Shown piece by piece: positions 10,602 through 22,100 of a stretch of DNA of 64,000 nucleotides. The notes below the pieces were generated by a model. It was not told where the DNA came from, did no database searches, and saw only the letters and a list, made by a program, of their open reading frames with translations. This DNA is from Candidatus Cloacimonadales bacterium (GTDB lineage: Bacteria; Cloacimonadota; Cloacimonadia; Cloacimonadales; JAFGVF01). The number at the start of each line of letters is the position of its first letter. Within the stretch, counting starts at the first letter, position 1. Made by a program: the position numbers and the translations under genes. The stretch lies in NCBI GenBank assembly GCA_963662585.1, contig OY759729.1, positions 1,216,001 through 1,280,000 on the forward strand, in the 5' to 3' direction.

Positions 10602-11582
10602 TTAAAATTGATATTTTAAAGTAACTTGATTAACAAATCCTAAATCACCATAAGAGTTAAGAGCATAATCTATCATTAAATTATTTCTAACAAATCCTAC
10701 TCCTGTGGAAAATCCTGAGAATATCTCATTATTTCCCCCATTCTTATAATCTCCAGCGCTTGTTTTATAACCTGCTCTCAATAAAAACTGTTCATGTACT
10801 TGAAATTCAGTTCCAATTAAACCTACTAAATCAGAACCTTTAGGAAGTGATAAATCTAAAGAGACTAGCATTGAAGGTGTAAAATCAGCTTCATTATCTC
10901 TTCCTTTCAAATCAGTACGATAAGAGATTCCTCCAGCATAAACAATAGGCATTCCTTCATTATTTTCAGAATCTGTAAAATAACTTACTTGAGTACCTAA
11001 ATTACGAATACTAGCCCCAACTCTTATCTTTTCATTAACTGGTCGGTGTAAAATACCTATATCAAAAGCTAGTGCAGAAGCGCTTTTATCATCAATAGTC
11101 TCTTGAATAAATTTTCCTGTGACACCAATGTTTAACTCCTCATTAAAGTAATAAGAGTAAGTTCCACCCATTATAAAATCTGAGTTATCAAATGTCCCTG
11201 CTTCTAAGTAACCACCGTTATCGCCACTAATAGTTCTTTGAATCTCATCACTTGCTAAAAACTGACCAAACAAGGCAACATTTGAATTTTGTCCTCTCTT
11301 ATATTGATAAACTACTGAGCCACCATTATAGCCATCAAAATAGTTCATATAAGTAGAAGAGACTTCTCGGTTCACATCATATCCCCCGAGATTAGCAGGA
11401 TTAAAGAAAATCACATCAATATCATCATCTAAAGAAGAAAAAGCTCCAGCCATAGCATTTGCTCTTGCTGAATAGATAATTTTTAAACTACTAAATCCAC
11501 TAGTTCCAGCATCATCACTTATTGCTACAAGAGGTAGGCTAAGTATTATCAGCCCCAAAATCAGAATTAAATTTTTATTCAT
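10602..11582 (-). CDS. PorV/PorQ-family outer-membrane beta-barrel protein
   Basis: Signal peptide, SARANAMAGA, FFNPANL, LRAGY, C-terminal Phe. Confidence 0.8.
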   Translation of the reverse strand: MNKNLILILGLIILSLPLVAISDDAGTSGFSSLKIIYSARANAMAGAFSSLDDDIDVIFFNPANLGGYDVNREVSSTYMNYFDGYNGGSVVYQYKRGQNSNVALFGQFLASDEIQRTISGDNGGYLEAGTFDNSDFIMGGTYSYYFNEELNIGVTGKFIQETIDDKSASALAFDIGILHRPVNEKIRVGASIRNLGTQVSYFTDSENNEGMPIVYAGGISYRTDLKGRDNEADFTPSMLVSLDLSLPKGSDLVGLIGTEFQVHEQFLLRAGYKTSAGDYKNGGNNEIFSGFSTGVGFVRNNLMIDYALNSYGDLGFVNQVTLKYQF

Positions 11583-12021
11583 TTATCACTTCTCTTATCT
11601 GTTCTAAAAGTTCTTGTTCACTCTTGGCATCTAATAGCAGTTTGCGATTAGATTCATCTCTCACAAAAGTTGTTACTTTAGATAACAAAGCCATATATTC
11701 TTTATCTTTCCCTAGTGGCACGGCAAACATAAAAAGTATCTTAACCAGTTCTCCATCTAAAGCATCATATTCCACTCCTTCAGGTATTATAGCCAACAAA
11801 AGTTTAGTCTCTTTTACACAGCTACATTTCCCATGAGGAATGGCTACACTACGCCCAATTCCTGTAGAAAAGCTCTCTTCCCTCTCCCAAATTGCTTGAA
11901 AGAATTCCGAAGCAGAATCTACTTGTCCTGCCTTTGCAAGCTTCTCACACAAGTGTTCTAGAAGCTCTCGCTTTTCCCTACTCTTTATATTTAAAAATAT
12001 TAATTTTTCTTCTATATACAT
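11575..12021 (-). CDS. PTS EIIA (fructose/nitrogen-regulatory type) protein
   Basis: REESFSTGIGRSVAIPH phospho-His motif, DALDG; likely start ATG at 12021. Confidence 0.9.
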   Translation of the reverse strand: MYIEEKLIFLNIKSREKRELLEHLCEKLAKAGQVDSASEFFQAIWEREESFSTGIGRSVAIPHGKCSCVKETKLLLAIIPEGVEYDALDGELVKILFMFAVPLGKDKEYMALLSKVTTFVRDESNRKLLLDAKSEQELLEQIREVINE

Positions 12022-12311
12022 GATACTATTCCTTAATAACATTTTTTCTAATAATAATGCAATCGTCAATAAAATTCTTTTTTCTTTAGTTTTAATAGCT
12101 GTTTAATAAGAAATATTGCTTCTTTAACCTAGTAGATGATGTCCAAGACTTTGATGAAGTTTGCAGATTCTTATTTCCCCCTTCATTACTAGCAATATTT
12201 GTTAGAGGGCAAGAAAAGAAGCAGGTGGGGTGTTTATAATATTCTTTTCAAATTCTTCAAGAATATATATTTTAGAAGATTAGGGAAATTACTTTAGCAA
12301 GAGAATTTGTC

Positions 12312-12785
12312 CAATCCTAAATAATTTAACCGCTTTTTTAGTAATTATTATTTTCTCTATTAAAGCCTTTGAGTCTAAGCTAAGGCTTAGCCTTCACAAG
12401 ACAGGGTAATTATTGTTACTACTCTTTACCTAGGGTCAATTCAACTTCTTTTTTTCAAAACTTCTTTGAATGAGACACTGGACTGATCTATTTAATCCCC
12501 TAGTGATATTTTCTATATTCACCTGGCTAGTCCTAGCTTATGCTAAGACACCTGAAGATTTGATTTGTGTGAAAGTTTAGTGCTATTGGCAAAGCTCTAC
12601 TGCCTAAAATCTCCTTTCATGAGGAGTGTATTTATTAAATAAAGGGATTTCCTTGAAGATGATTTGAGATTCCCAAGATGTAATATTTCTTTAAAAGGAG
12701 AATTATATATGCCCCTGTAAATCCAGTATAAGTAGAATAGAAAGCTTTTAATTTATCTAAAATGTGGTTAAATTATTTAGGAATG
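12312..12785. mobile_element. Putative MITE with 20-bp terminal inverted repeats
   Basis: caatcctaaataatttaacc (12312-12331) versus ggttaaattatttaggaatg (12766-12785), 19/20 inverted match; no ORF; left part homologous to elements at 29983 and 34361. Confidence 0.65.
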
Positions 12786-12829
12786 ATCTTCTAAGTAATC
12801 CTTCATAACCCATCTTTAGCTCTTTTAAT

Positions 12830-14509
12830 TTAATCCATCTCCTCAAATATGATATCGAATTTAGCATCTTTCTCTTTTTTCAAGATATCATTATAGATTG
12901 GTAGTTTTATTTTCTCGATAACTTTCTCCATAGCATCAGCTTTCATATAAACTAGGATTAAGATTAGTGAATCATCGCCCCAGCGACCGATTTCATCTTG
13001 ATTACGAGTATAAAACATTACTAGTTTAGAGATATCAGAGAGAATCCTGTCTATTAAGTCTTGAGGAACTTGGCGATCAGCAAGAAGTTTTATTTTGAGT
13101 GTAGTCATTTCAGACCCATTTTGAGAATGGAATTTTTTTTGCTTTTCGATAGCTTCCATTATTTTTTCTTTAGGGATAACCCCAAAAAAGTTATCAATTT
13201 CCTTATACTCTTCTACTAAGTGAGATAGATTATCCACTTTTTCTTTTAATTTAACAACCTCTTGATTAACTTTTTTAAGCATAATCTCTTCTCTAACCTT
13301 TTGTTGGCTCTCAAATTTTGCTTCTAGTTCTAAGAGTGCTTTATCCTGTTTTTCCTGGATCATTAAATCTATATAATTATTAGATTTAACCAAGGTTGCA
13401 TAAGCTTTATCATAGTGATTCTGTTTTTCATAAATAGTAGATAAAGATTGAAGGATTTTATATTTAAGTGAATTAACGGAATCTTCAGTAGCAATATCTT
13501 CCAAAGCTCTTATGAAGAGAGTTTCAGCTTGGTCATACCTCTGGTTCAATTCCTGGCTTCCACCATAGAGATAATTAAATTTTGCTTTAAAAACATTAAA
13601 GTCAGTATCTTGAAGGAGTTCAATACTTCTTTCACAAACTTCTGTTAATTTTCCACATTCTTTTAATTTATTATATGTCAAGGCAAGTTCATACATTATT
13701 CTAATTCTATTATAACTTTTTTTATTAGTTTCCTGTTCAAGGTAGTTAAGAGCATCATTGTAAAAAGGAATAGCCTGAGAATACTTGCCATTCTTTCTGT
13801 ATAGTTTACCTATGAGGGCATGAGCTTGAGACTTTATCTCTAAATCATTAGTTCTTAAAGCAATCTCTACCGCTTTATTAAAATACTTTAAAGCTCTCTC
13901 AAAATTACCAATATCAACAAACATCTTTCCTATATTAAGATTAGTATGGCATAGCTTATGATTAAGTTCATTTTTTTCTTGGAGTTCTAAAGCTCTAAAA
14001 TAAGCGCTCATACTCAAAGCATAACTTTTGCATTTTCTGTAACCTGTTCCCAAAGAATTGTTAATATCACTTTGAAGCTCTTCAATTTCCTTGATATCAT
14101 GACCTTTAACTTTCTCCAGAAAATCTAAGGATAATTTTAAAAAAGAGATGGCATTATTATAATCACCAATTTTAGTATAGGTTTCCCCTACATTGCGAGT
14201 GGCAATTACTAAATCATACTCCCTATTATTCTGTTTGAAAATTCCACAAGAGAGTCTAAACATATTTAACGCACTCTTATAATCTAGTTTATTCCAAAAA
14301 TGGACTCCTAATTCAATTAAAAGTGCTCCCTCTTCCTGGGGTAACTGCAAATCACTAGCTAATTTAATCGCTCTATTTAGATATTTCTCTACTTGTGAAT
14401 CTTTCTCTTCTTGAATCAAATAATTGATATAGAGTTTTAGGTCATTAAAGGTTTCAACATTCTGCTCACCAGTATTAATTCTTGCTTCAATTTCTTTAAT
14501 ATTCATCAT
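12830..14509 (-). CDS. TPR-repeat protein with coiled coil and degenerate GGDEF-like C-terminal domain
   Basis: Multiple TPRs (NSLGTGY, NIGKMF); C-terminal DEIGRWGDDSLILIL. Confidence 0.75.
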   Translation of the reverse strand: MMNIKEIEARINTGEQNVETFNDLKLYINYLIQEEKDSQVEKYLNRAIKLASDLQLPQEEGALLIELGVHFWNKLDYKSALNMFRLSCGIFKQNNREYDLVIATRNVGETYTKIGDYNNAISFLKLSLDFLEKVKGHDIKEIEELQSDINNSLGTGYRKCKSYALSMSAYFRALELQEKNELNHKLCHTNLNIGKMFVDIGNFERALKYFNKAVEIALRTNDLEIKSQAHALIGKLYRKNGKYSQAIPFYNDALNYLEQETNKKSYNRIRIMYELALTYNKLKECGKLTEVCERSIELLQDTDFNVFKAKFNYLYGGSQELNQRYDQAETLFIRALEDIATEDSVNSLKYKILQSLSTIYEKQNHYDKAYATLVKSNNYIDLMIQEKQDKALLELEAKFESQQKVREEIMLKKVNQEVVKLKEKVDNLSHLVEEYKEIDNFFGVIPKEKIMEAIEKQKKFHSQNGSEMTTLKIKLLADRQVPQDLIDRILSDISKLVMFYTRNQDEIGRWGDDSLILILVYMKADAMEKVIEKIKLPIYNDILKKEKDAKFDIIFEEMD

Positions 14510-15162
14510 TTTACCATGGCTTTAAGTTGATTAATTAATTTGCTTATTCCATTATATACTTTGCTTAACGATGCTTCGTTCATAAAAGCAGGTGTGGAAA
14601 TTATGAGACTATTTTCATCTATAACTATTTCATCAGAGTCAATTAAAACTACTTCAGCTTGAGAGAATTTTATTAACTTCTTAGATTCAGGATTCAATCC
14701 TGTAGTAATTTTTATTTTCTTATCTTTAAACAATATAGCTAATATGGAAGGATATATACAAATCGCACCTATAGGTTTTTGGGCTTTATAGAAGGCTAAA
14801 ATCACTTTAGCTATGTCAGCTTTCACTTCCCATTCCCCATTCTCAGCAGGGAAATTTGTGTTATTCTTCAAGGCTCCATAGCCTCCTGGTAAAACTAAAG
14901 CTGAGTAATTTCCAATATCAAATTCCTCTAAAGGTCTTACAATACCTTGAGTTATTCGGGAAGATTCTTCTAAAATGTTTCTTTTAGGAGATATTTCTTC
15001 CCCAGTTAGGTAATTAAGTGTATCGTATTGCTCCCTATTTGGAGCAAAAATATCATATTCTATTCCCTGTTGAGACAAAGATAAAAAACTAAACACAGCT
15101 TCATTAATCTCTGTTCCATCGCGATGACCGCAACCAGATAACAATACACAGTACTTTTTCAT
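14506..15162 (-). CDS. elbB: ElbB / ES1-like glyoxalase (DJ-1/PfpI family)
   Basis: LSGCGHRDGTEINE, LPGGYGALKN, KPIGAICIYP, STPAFM. Confidence 0.9.
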   Translation of the reverse strand: MKKYCVLLSGCGHRDGTEINEAVFSFLSLSQQGIEYDIFAPNREQYDTLNYLTGEEISPKRNILEESSRITQGIVRPLEEFDIGNYSALVLPGGYGALKNNTNFPAENGEWEVKADIAKVILAFYKAQKPIGAICIYPSILAILFKDKKIKITTGLNPESKKLIKFSQAEVVLIDSDEIVIDENSLIISTPAFMNEASLSKVYNGISKLINQLKAMVK

Positions 15163-15600
15163 AATCTTCTCTCCATTTTCTTAGCTATAAACAATATTAT
15201 AGATTGCGGTTAGAACTGTCAACAAAGAATTTTTTTTAGTATAAAATTAAGCTCAAACAAAGGTCTAGTAATTATTCTCTTCTTAACTCTTTATGCACTT
15301 TCATTCCTCCCTTATTGACAACTTGTAAAAAAAACGAATAATATTTGTGCTGAGTGAAATGGAGCAATTAAGGTGTATTAAATAAGCGGGGGAAATAGAA
15401 GCCATAAAAGTGCTAAGGTGCCAAATAATTTGACTGATATTTAGCACTTATCTCTAGTCAGCTACACTAACAAGCATTTCTTAGAGGGAAAGCCTAAAAG
15501 ATTCTTGAGAACACTCCCAATTGAATGCCCTCATTCTAAGATTTAGTTCACCCCTCATCTGATTTCCCTTAAAAGTTTTTATCATAATTCTTAATCGACT

Positions 15601-15649
15601 TGTATTATTATCGCACACTTTTAAGTAATTGTATGATTTTAGAACACTT
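15601..15649 (+). promoter_or_regulatory. Tandem putative enhancer (UAS) sites TGT-N11-ACA
   Basis: tgtattattatcgcacactt (15601) and tgtatgattttagaacactt (15630), 16/20 identical, 29 bp apart, upstream of a -24/-12 element. Confidence 0.55.
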
Positions 15650-15715
15650 CATTTTATATTACCATTTTCTGCTATTTCCTTTTTAGTCAGTATGTTAGTA
15701 GTAGTTAATTATAAA

Positions 15716-15731
15716 TGGTCTCAGTATTGCT
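15716..15731 (+). promoter_or_regulatory. Sigma-54 (-24/-12) promoter
   Basis: TGGTCTCAGTATTGCT = GG-N10-GC, close to the TGGCAC-N5-TTGC consensus, ending 36 bp before the ATG at 15768. Confidence 0.65.
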
Positions 15732-15767
15732 TATATAAAGGTAAATTTTAAAACAGAGGATTAAGCA

Positions 15768-16121
15768 ATGAGTAAAATTCTAATATTAGGAAGAGAGAGT
15801 AGATTGAGAGAAGAGATAGAAAATTATCTATTAAGCAATGGATATAGTACTACTTCTACGACACCTAGTAATCTAGATTTTTCAAATGAGTATATTAAGC
15901 ACTACTCACATTGCATAATAATACATGAATTCCCTGTTTTTCGTAACTTTGAAACCTTGGAGAGAATAATGAAACTAACTTGTAGCAAGGTGATAATTAT
16001 CACTTCAGATTACTCTTTGAAATTTAAGCAAGAGATTACTAAGTGTGGAAATGCCCAAGTAATCTATAGACCTTTTTTACCACAGCAATTAATTGCTAAT
16101 TTAACACCAGACAAACACTAA
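15768..16121 (+). CDS. Single-domain pseudo-receiver (CheY-like) protein
   Basis: KILIL...NYLLSNGY...VIIITS...YRPF pattern; acidic-pocket Asp residues and Lys not conserved; SD GAGG. Confidence 0.65.
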   Translation: MSKILILGRESRLREEIENYLLSNGYSTTSTTPSNLDFSNEYIKHYSHCIIIHEFPVFRNFETLERIMKLTCSKVIIITSDYSLKFKQEITKCGNAQVIYRPFLPQQLIANLTPDKH

Positions 16122-16135
16122 GATTGGGAGGAAAA

Positions 16136-19100
16136 ATGCGAAAATCATGTTTGTTAATCGTTTTTTTGTTACTTATAAACTTAGTAAGTGCTATTCAGTC
16201 CGCACCTGAAACATTTACTTATGGTTATCAGTCAAGCTGGGAAAATTATGAAAACCAGATTTCTCTAAACTGGGAATATAATGCTCCAGACAATTATGAA
16301 ATTGAAGAATATGAATTGAATCGGAATGATTGGTCTTCCCCTCAAATAGTAGAGGATATGGGGTGGGGATACTATCAAGACAGTGATATAACTATCGGAG
16401 ATGTATATACTTATTCTTTAAGAGTTTTTCTCACTTCGACCATCGATGCAAGTAGAGATTCTACAGATTATGCTTATCTTACAGCAGATACTGATGAAAT
16501 ATCTGATTTGTTAGACCCACCAACTAATCTGTCCTTAGCTTCTGCTTTTGACTGGGAAAATAACAAAATTCCAGTAATTTACTGGGACTATACTCCTCCA
16601 GAAGGTTACTCTGTTGAGTCTTTCTATCTTCAAAGAAATGATGAAGAAATGCCTCAAATGGTACATCTTTATGAATCACCTTGGTATTATGAAGATTATA
16701 ATACAGAAGAGGGTCAAAGCTATTCTTATACTATCAAAGCTATGATTGCTAACCATAACATTATGTATAATCTAATGACTGAAGTATCAGTTACTTTTGA
16801 AATTGATACAAGTGATTTACCTTTAGCCAATATTACTTATAATGGTTGGGCTCCTGGTGAATATAATAGTATTACTCCTCTTGAGTTGAGCACTGCTGAA
16901 ACTGGGGTTGATATATATTACACACTTGATGGAAGTGAACCTACTACAGGCAGTAATCTCTATGCAAGTCCAATTACTATTCCTTGGGGAGGAGAAGTTA
17001 CTTTGAAAGCCAGAGGATTCAAAACAGGTGAAAGTCCTTCAAGTATTCTCAGTTTAACCTATACCCTATCAGGATATGTAACATCTTTAAACCCAATAGA
17101 TGAGTCTATCAATGTTAATTCTGATTACCCAATATTTTCTTGGGATTATATGGAATCAGTATCAGGTTATTATTTAACAATTGGAACAAGTACTGGAGGG
17201 AATGATGTCTTAGATAATTTCTTTTTTGATGATAACAGCGATGGTTTCAGTTATTCTTCATCAAATAGGTTTATTCCTGCTCTAAATTTAGAAAGAGGAA
17301 CAGAATATTTCTGGACATTGACAACTGTGCAAGCAGGGACTGGAATTACAATAGATAATCCTGAATTCACTTTTACGAGTTCAGGAAGTAATGCCATAAA
17401 TACATTCCCATATCAGGAAGGTTTTGAAACTACAACAAGTGGTTTATTGCCAGCTGGTTGGGCTGATATTAATCTTGGTTATACTTATCACTGGAGTGTA
17501 AGCAATTGGAATGCTCATTCGGGAAACAATAGTATGCAGATTTATCTTAGTGGGCAAGATGATTGGTTATTTTCACCTCCAATAGAGATGAGTCAAGGAA
17601 AACAATATGAGATAAATTTCCAGGCAAAGAGTAATCAATTTACAAGTCATTCTTGGTATCTTGTTTCTAACACTGGATTACCAAGTGAAGATAATATTTC
17701 TATTGTTGCAGCATTCCCTGATTTTACTGCTAATACTAGCTATAGAAATATCTCAGCAGTTTATGATTCTTATGAAGATCAAACCTTATTTTTAGCTTTT
17801 AAACCAATTTCAGCTTTTTATACTTATCTCTTTGTGGATGATTTAACAATCTCGCAAGATTATTTAGCTATCGAAAGTCCTGAAATTGCATATGATGAGA
17901 ATATTTGGCAAGATAATCCATTTACTTTGACCTTATCTCATCCGCGAGATAACACTCAAATCTTCTATTACATTGCAGATCAAGGGAATCAACCTTATGA
18001 TTATACAAATAACTTTGAAGAAGATAAACTTCTTTATTCAGAAGCTGTTAATGTAGCTATAGGAGGAAGCTTAAAGGTATATACTCAAGCCTTAAATGCT
18101 GAATGGGACCCATCACCTATTGAAGAATATGATTTATTAGTAAAACCTATTCTCGAAGCCCCTAGCTTCTTGACACCAGGAGGTACTTACAATGAAGCTT
18201 TATCAATTGAATTATTCTCTGAAATAGAAGATGTAGAAATATACTACACTATTGACGGTTCAGATCCAATTATGAGTGCTAGTAAAGTCCTCTATACAGA
18301 AGGAAATCCTATTGAAATAGCCTTAAATCAAACTATCTCAATTAAGGCCTACAGCGAAAAAGAAAACTTTATGCCTTCTGTAGTTGTCTCTGAAACATAC
18401 TCTACTTTACCTAAATTAGATTTAGTAACTTTCTCACCTGAAGCAGGAAACTACACAAGTGAGCAAAATATCAGTCTTAGCAATGTTGAAGGAGCAAGTA
18501 TCTACTTCACCTTAGATGGTTCTGAGCCAAATGAAGAATCTTCATTATACTCTGAAGCTATCTTGTTACTTGAGCATACTGTAACTACCATCAAAGCAAT
18601 TGCTTATAAAGAGGGATATGAAGAGAGTGATGTTCTTGAAGCGACTTATACTATTACAGGACAGGTTGCCACTCCTTCTCCAAGTCTTGAGTCTGGCATC
18701 TACTCTTCTCCTATCGAAATTACTCTTGCTACTTCAACAGAAGATAGTGAGATTAGATATACCTTGGATAACACTATTCCAACTGAAGCCAGTAGTCTTT
18801 ATGATGGTACTCCTATTTTAGTTGATAACTTCTCTTCTTTAACTATAAAAGCTATTGCTATCAAAGAGAACTGGGCTAATTCCGAAGTTATGCAAGCTAA
18901 TTTTGAAGTAACAGGTCAGTTATCACAAGTTGTTTTTAGTCATGATTCAGGAGATTATGAAGGAACTCTTAATTTAACTTTATCTGTGCCAGATTATCCT
19001 ACTGCATCTATTTATTATACTACTAACAATACAGCTCCTACAAGTGAAAGTAATCTTTATGAAGGTCAGATAGTCTTAAATTCTCCTTCTGAAGTTACTA

Positions 19101-22100
19101 TCCAAGCAATAGCAGTATTAGAGAATTATCTAGATTCTAATCCAGTTCTTAGAGATTATCAAGTAAGACACAAAGTAGCAAGTCCCACCTTTAATTATCT
19201 TTCTGGTATCTATACTGAAGCAATAGAAGTAATAATTTCCTCTTCTACAAGTAGTGCCATTGTTTATTACACTTTGGATGGTTCTGACCCATTAACAGGT
19301 CAAATATATTCAGCTCCAATTACCTTAGAGGAAGACAGTGAATATAGTTTTAGAGCTATCGCAATCAAAAGTGGATGGTATAATTCGGAAGAAGCTTTAG
19401 TTGATTACCAAATTACAGGAAAAGTTTCAAATCCTGAAATTGATTTAGCTTCAGGTATTTATTATGAAGCAATAACAGTAACTATTTCTAATGAAATGGC
19501 TGAAGCAAGCATGTATTATACCTTAGATGGTTCGCTTCCAAGTGTTGAATCAGAAATCTATATTGAACCACTAACTTTCAATCCTGGAGATGAAGTAACC
19601 TTAAGTGTTATTGCTTTCAGAGAAGATTGGGAGGGTTCTGATCTTCTTGTAAGAGAATATACTCTTCCAGATGAGACCTATATTGGTTCTGTAATGATGA
19701 CATCAACTTCGCTTACAACAGAAGAAAATCCAGAGTTTACTTACTCAATTTTAACTAATCAAACAGCTGGAACAGTTACAACAATCATTTCTATCTTAGA
19801 TGAAGCTGAGAATGAAGTTGCTTCTGATTCTAATATCGATATGATTTTCAGTGGAATTACTAATAGTTTTACTCGTGAAGTTACATCACCAGTAAGAGGT
19901 TTTGAAGAAGGTAATTATTACTATCGTATTGATTTAGTTAATGCTGAAGGTGACACTTTAGATACTTTTGCACCAACTTCAACCTTTATTGTAGGAACTC
20001 CTGCTTATACTATTACAGGCGATGAAAATCATGACTTTGGTTTAGTTGCAGCAGGTTCAGAAAACTCATTTTCCTTTACTATAAACAGTACAGGAAGTCT
20101 TGCTTTAGAGCTTGAGATTACAGAGCCTGATTCTCCTTTTAGTGTAGGCTTTATTCCAACTGTTATAGGAAGTGGGCTTTCCAGTGAAATCACTGTTTCT
20201 TTCAATCCTGAATCCTATGGTAATTATAGTGATGAATTACTTCTTTCCACTAATGCTGGAGAAATAGTATGTAGCTTTACAGGTCAAGCTGTTATGGGAC
20301 AGTATCGTGATAACATTTCAAGCCTTTCAGCCACTGTTGATTATGGTGTAACAACTGAAAGAACATTTAAAATCTATAATGATTCTCCTGTCGCTGACCT
20401 TAATGTAGAATTACTTGAAGATGAGTCTTGGATATCTTTAAATGGTGAGACAGCACTTATAGAAGCTGGGGACTCTTTACTTGTTACAGTAACTTTGGGA
20501 CAAATTGATTTAGCAGGGGGAGAATATTCAGCTAATCTAACTATAAATACAGATGACCTAAATAATGACCAAGTTATAATCCCAATTTCTTTAACAATTA
20601 ATGGAGCATCCATAGCAGTATCAGATAATCCAATTGAAGTAATAACAGGTGTTGGCGTAGATGTAGATTATAAATTCGCTATCGAGAATGAAGGTTCTGA
20701 ACCTTTAAACTATAATCTTATAGATGGAGCAGATTGGTTAGTTGCAGATGATGCCAATGGTATTATTGCTGGTAATTCAGCAGAACCAAATGAACTTCAT
20801 TTCGATGGAGATATTGCAGTCGGTACTTATACAACTGAAATTACTATTCAGTCAAATGATGCAAATACTCCAGAATTAACTATTCCTGTTACTTTCATAG
20901 TCCAAGATGCTATATTTGGTTATTTACCTGCCAATGGACAGCTTGATTTTGGCAATGTTGCCGTTGGAAGCAGTAAGACTATGGAAATTACTTTGAAGAA
21001 TACAGGTAATATCCCTCTTACAGTTAACTCATTAATATCAGCTGATCCTGCCTTCACTCTTAATCCTCAAGTGGAAGACCTTGAATTAGCAGGGGGCGAG
21101 GAGGAAGTTATTGAAGTTATCTTTACTCCTCTTGCTACTATTTTCTATAACAATATTGATTTAGAAATAACTTATGATGATGTTAATCTGGTTAATTTTG
21201 TCATGTTTGGAAGAGGAGAAGACCCAAATCCTGCATTCACTATTAATTGGGAAGACAACTTACATGATTTCGGTAATGTCGAGCTTGCTTCAACAGAAAC
21301 AACTACCATGAAGCTTTTCAATACTGGTAATGTTGAGCTACACTTTGCTGATTTTGATTATGAAGATGCTGATATTACTTCTCTTGATGATGAAGACTTC
21401 ACCCTTGATGTTGGCAAAGATTATACATTGGAAGTTTCTTTCACTCCTGATGCTATTGGAGAATATTCTCTTGATATAACTCTCAACACAGTGGAATTGG
21501 CTACTCAAACAGCTACTGTAAGAGCCTTTGTTTTCAGTAATTCTAATACATCAACTCTTACTTACCCTGAAGCTGACCCTTATTTGGCAAGCCTTGGAGT
21601 TAATCCAAGCACAGCTTTAGCAGGCACAAACTTCGAGTTCAGAGTCCTTTATACAGATATAGATAATCAAGCTCCTGCAGATGGTTATCCTCTTTTCTGG
21701 TTAGACCTTAATCATGATGGGGATGTTTTAGATGAGAATGAGCTTGTATTAGAGATGAATGAAGTTGACCCTCTTGATGTAAGTTATAGTAATGGAAAGT
21801 TGTATAACTGTTTTATGGAGGTTCCTTATGGCTATAATCCTCATTATAGATTTAGTGCTTACGATGCTGGATTTAAGGCTTCGGAAGGACAAGCAACTTT
21901 ATGGAAAGCCGGTCCTCTTGTAGTTGATGAAGGCTTAGATTTAGGACTCTATGCCAGTCATATTGAGTTTGATAATTATCATCCAGATTTAGGTGAAGAA
22001 GTTCAAGTTACTGCTCATATTCAGAATTGGGGTGACATGTCTGCTGAAGCTGTTCCTGTTACCTTCTTGCTTGATGAAGTAGTCTTTGATATTCAAGTAA

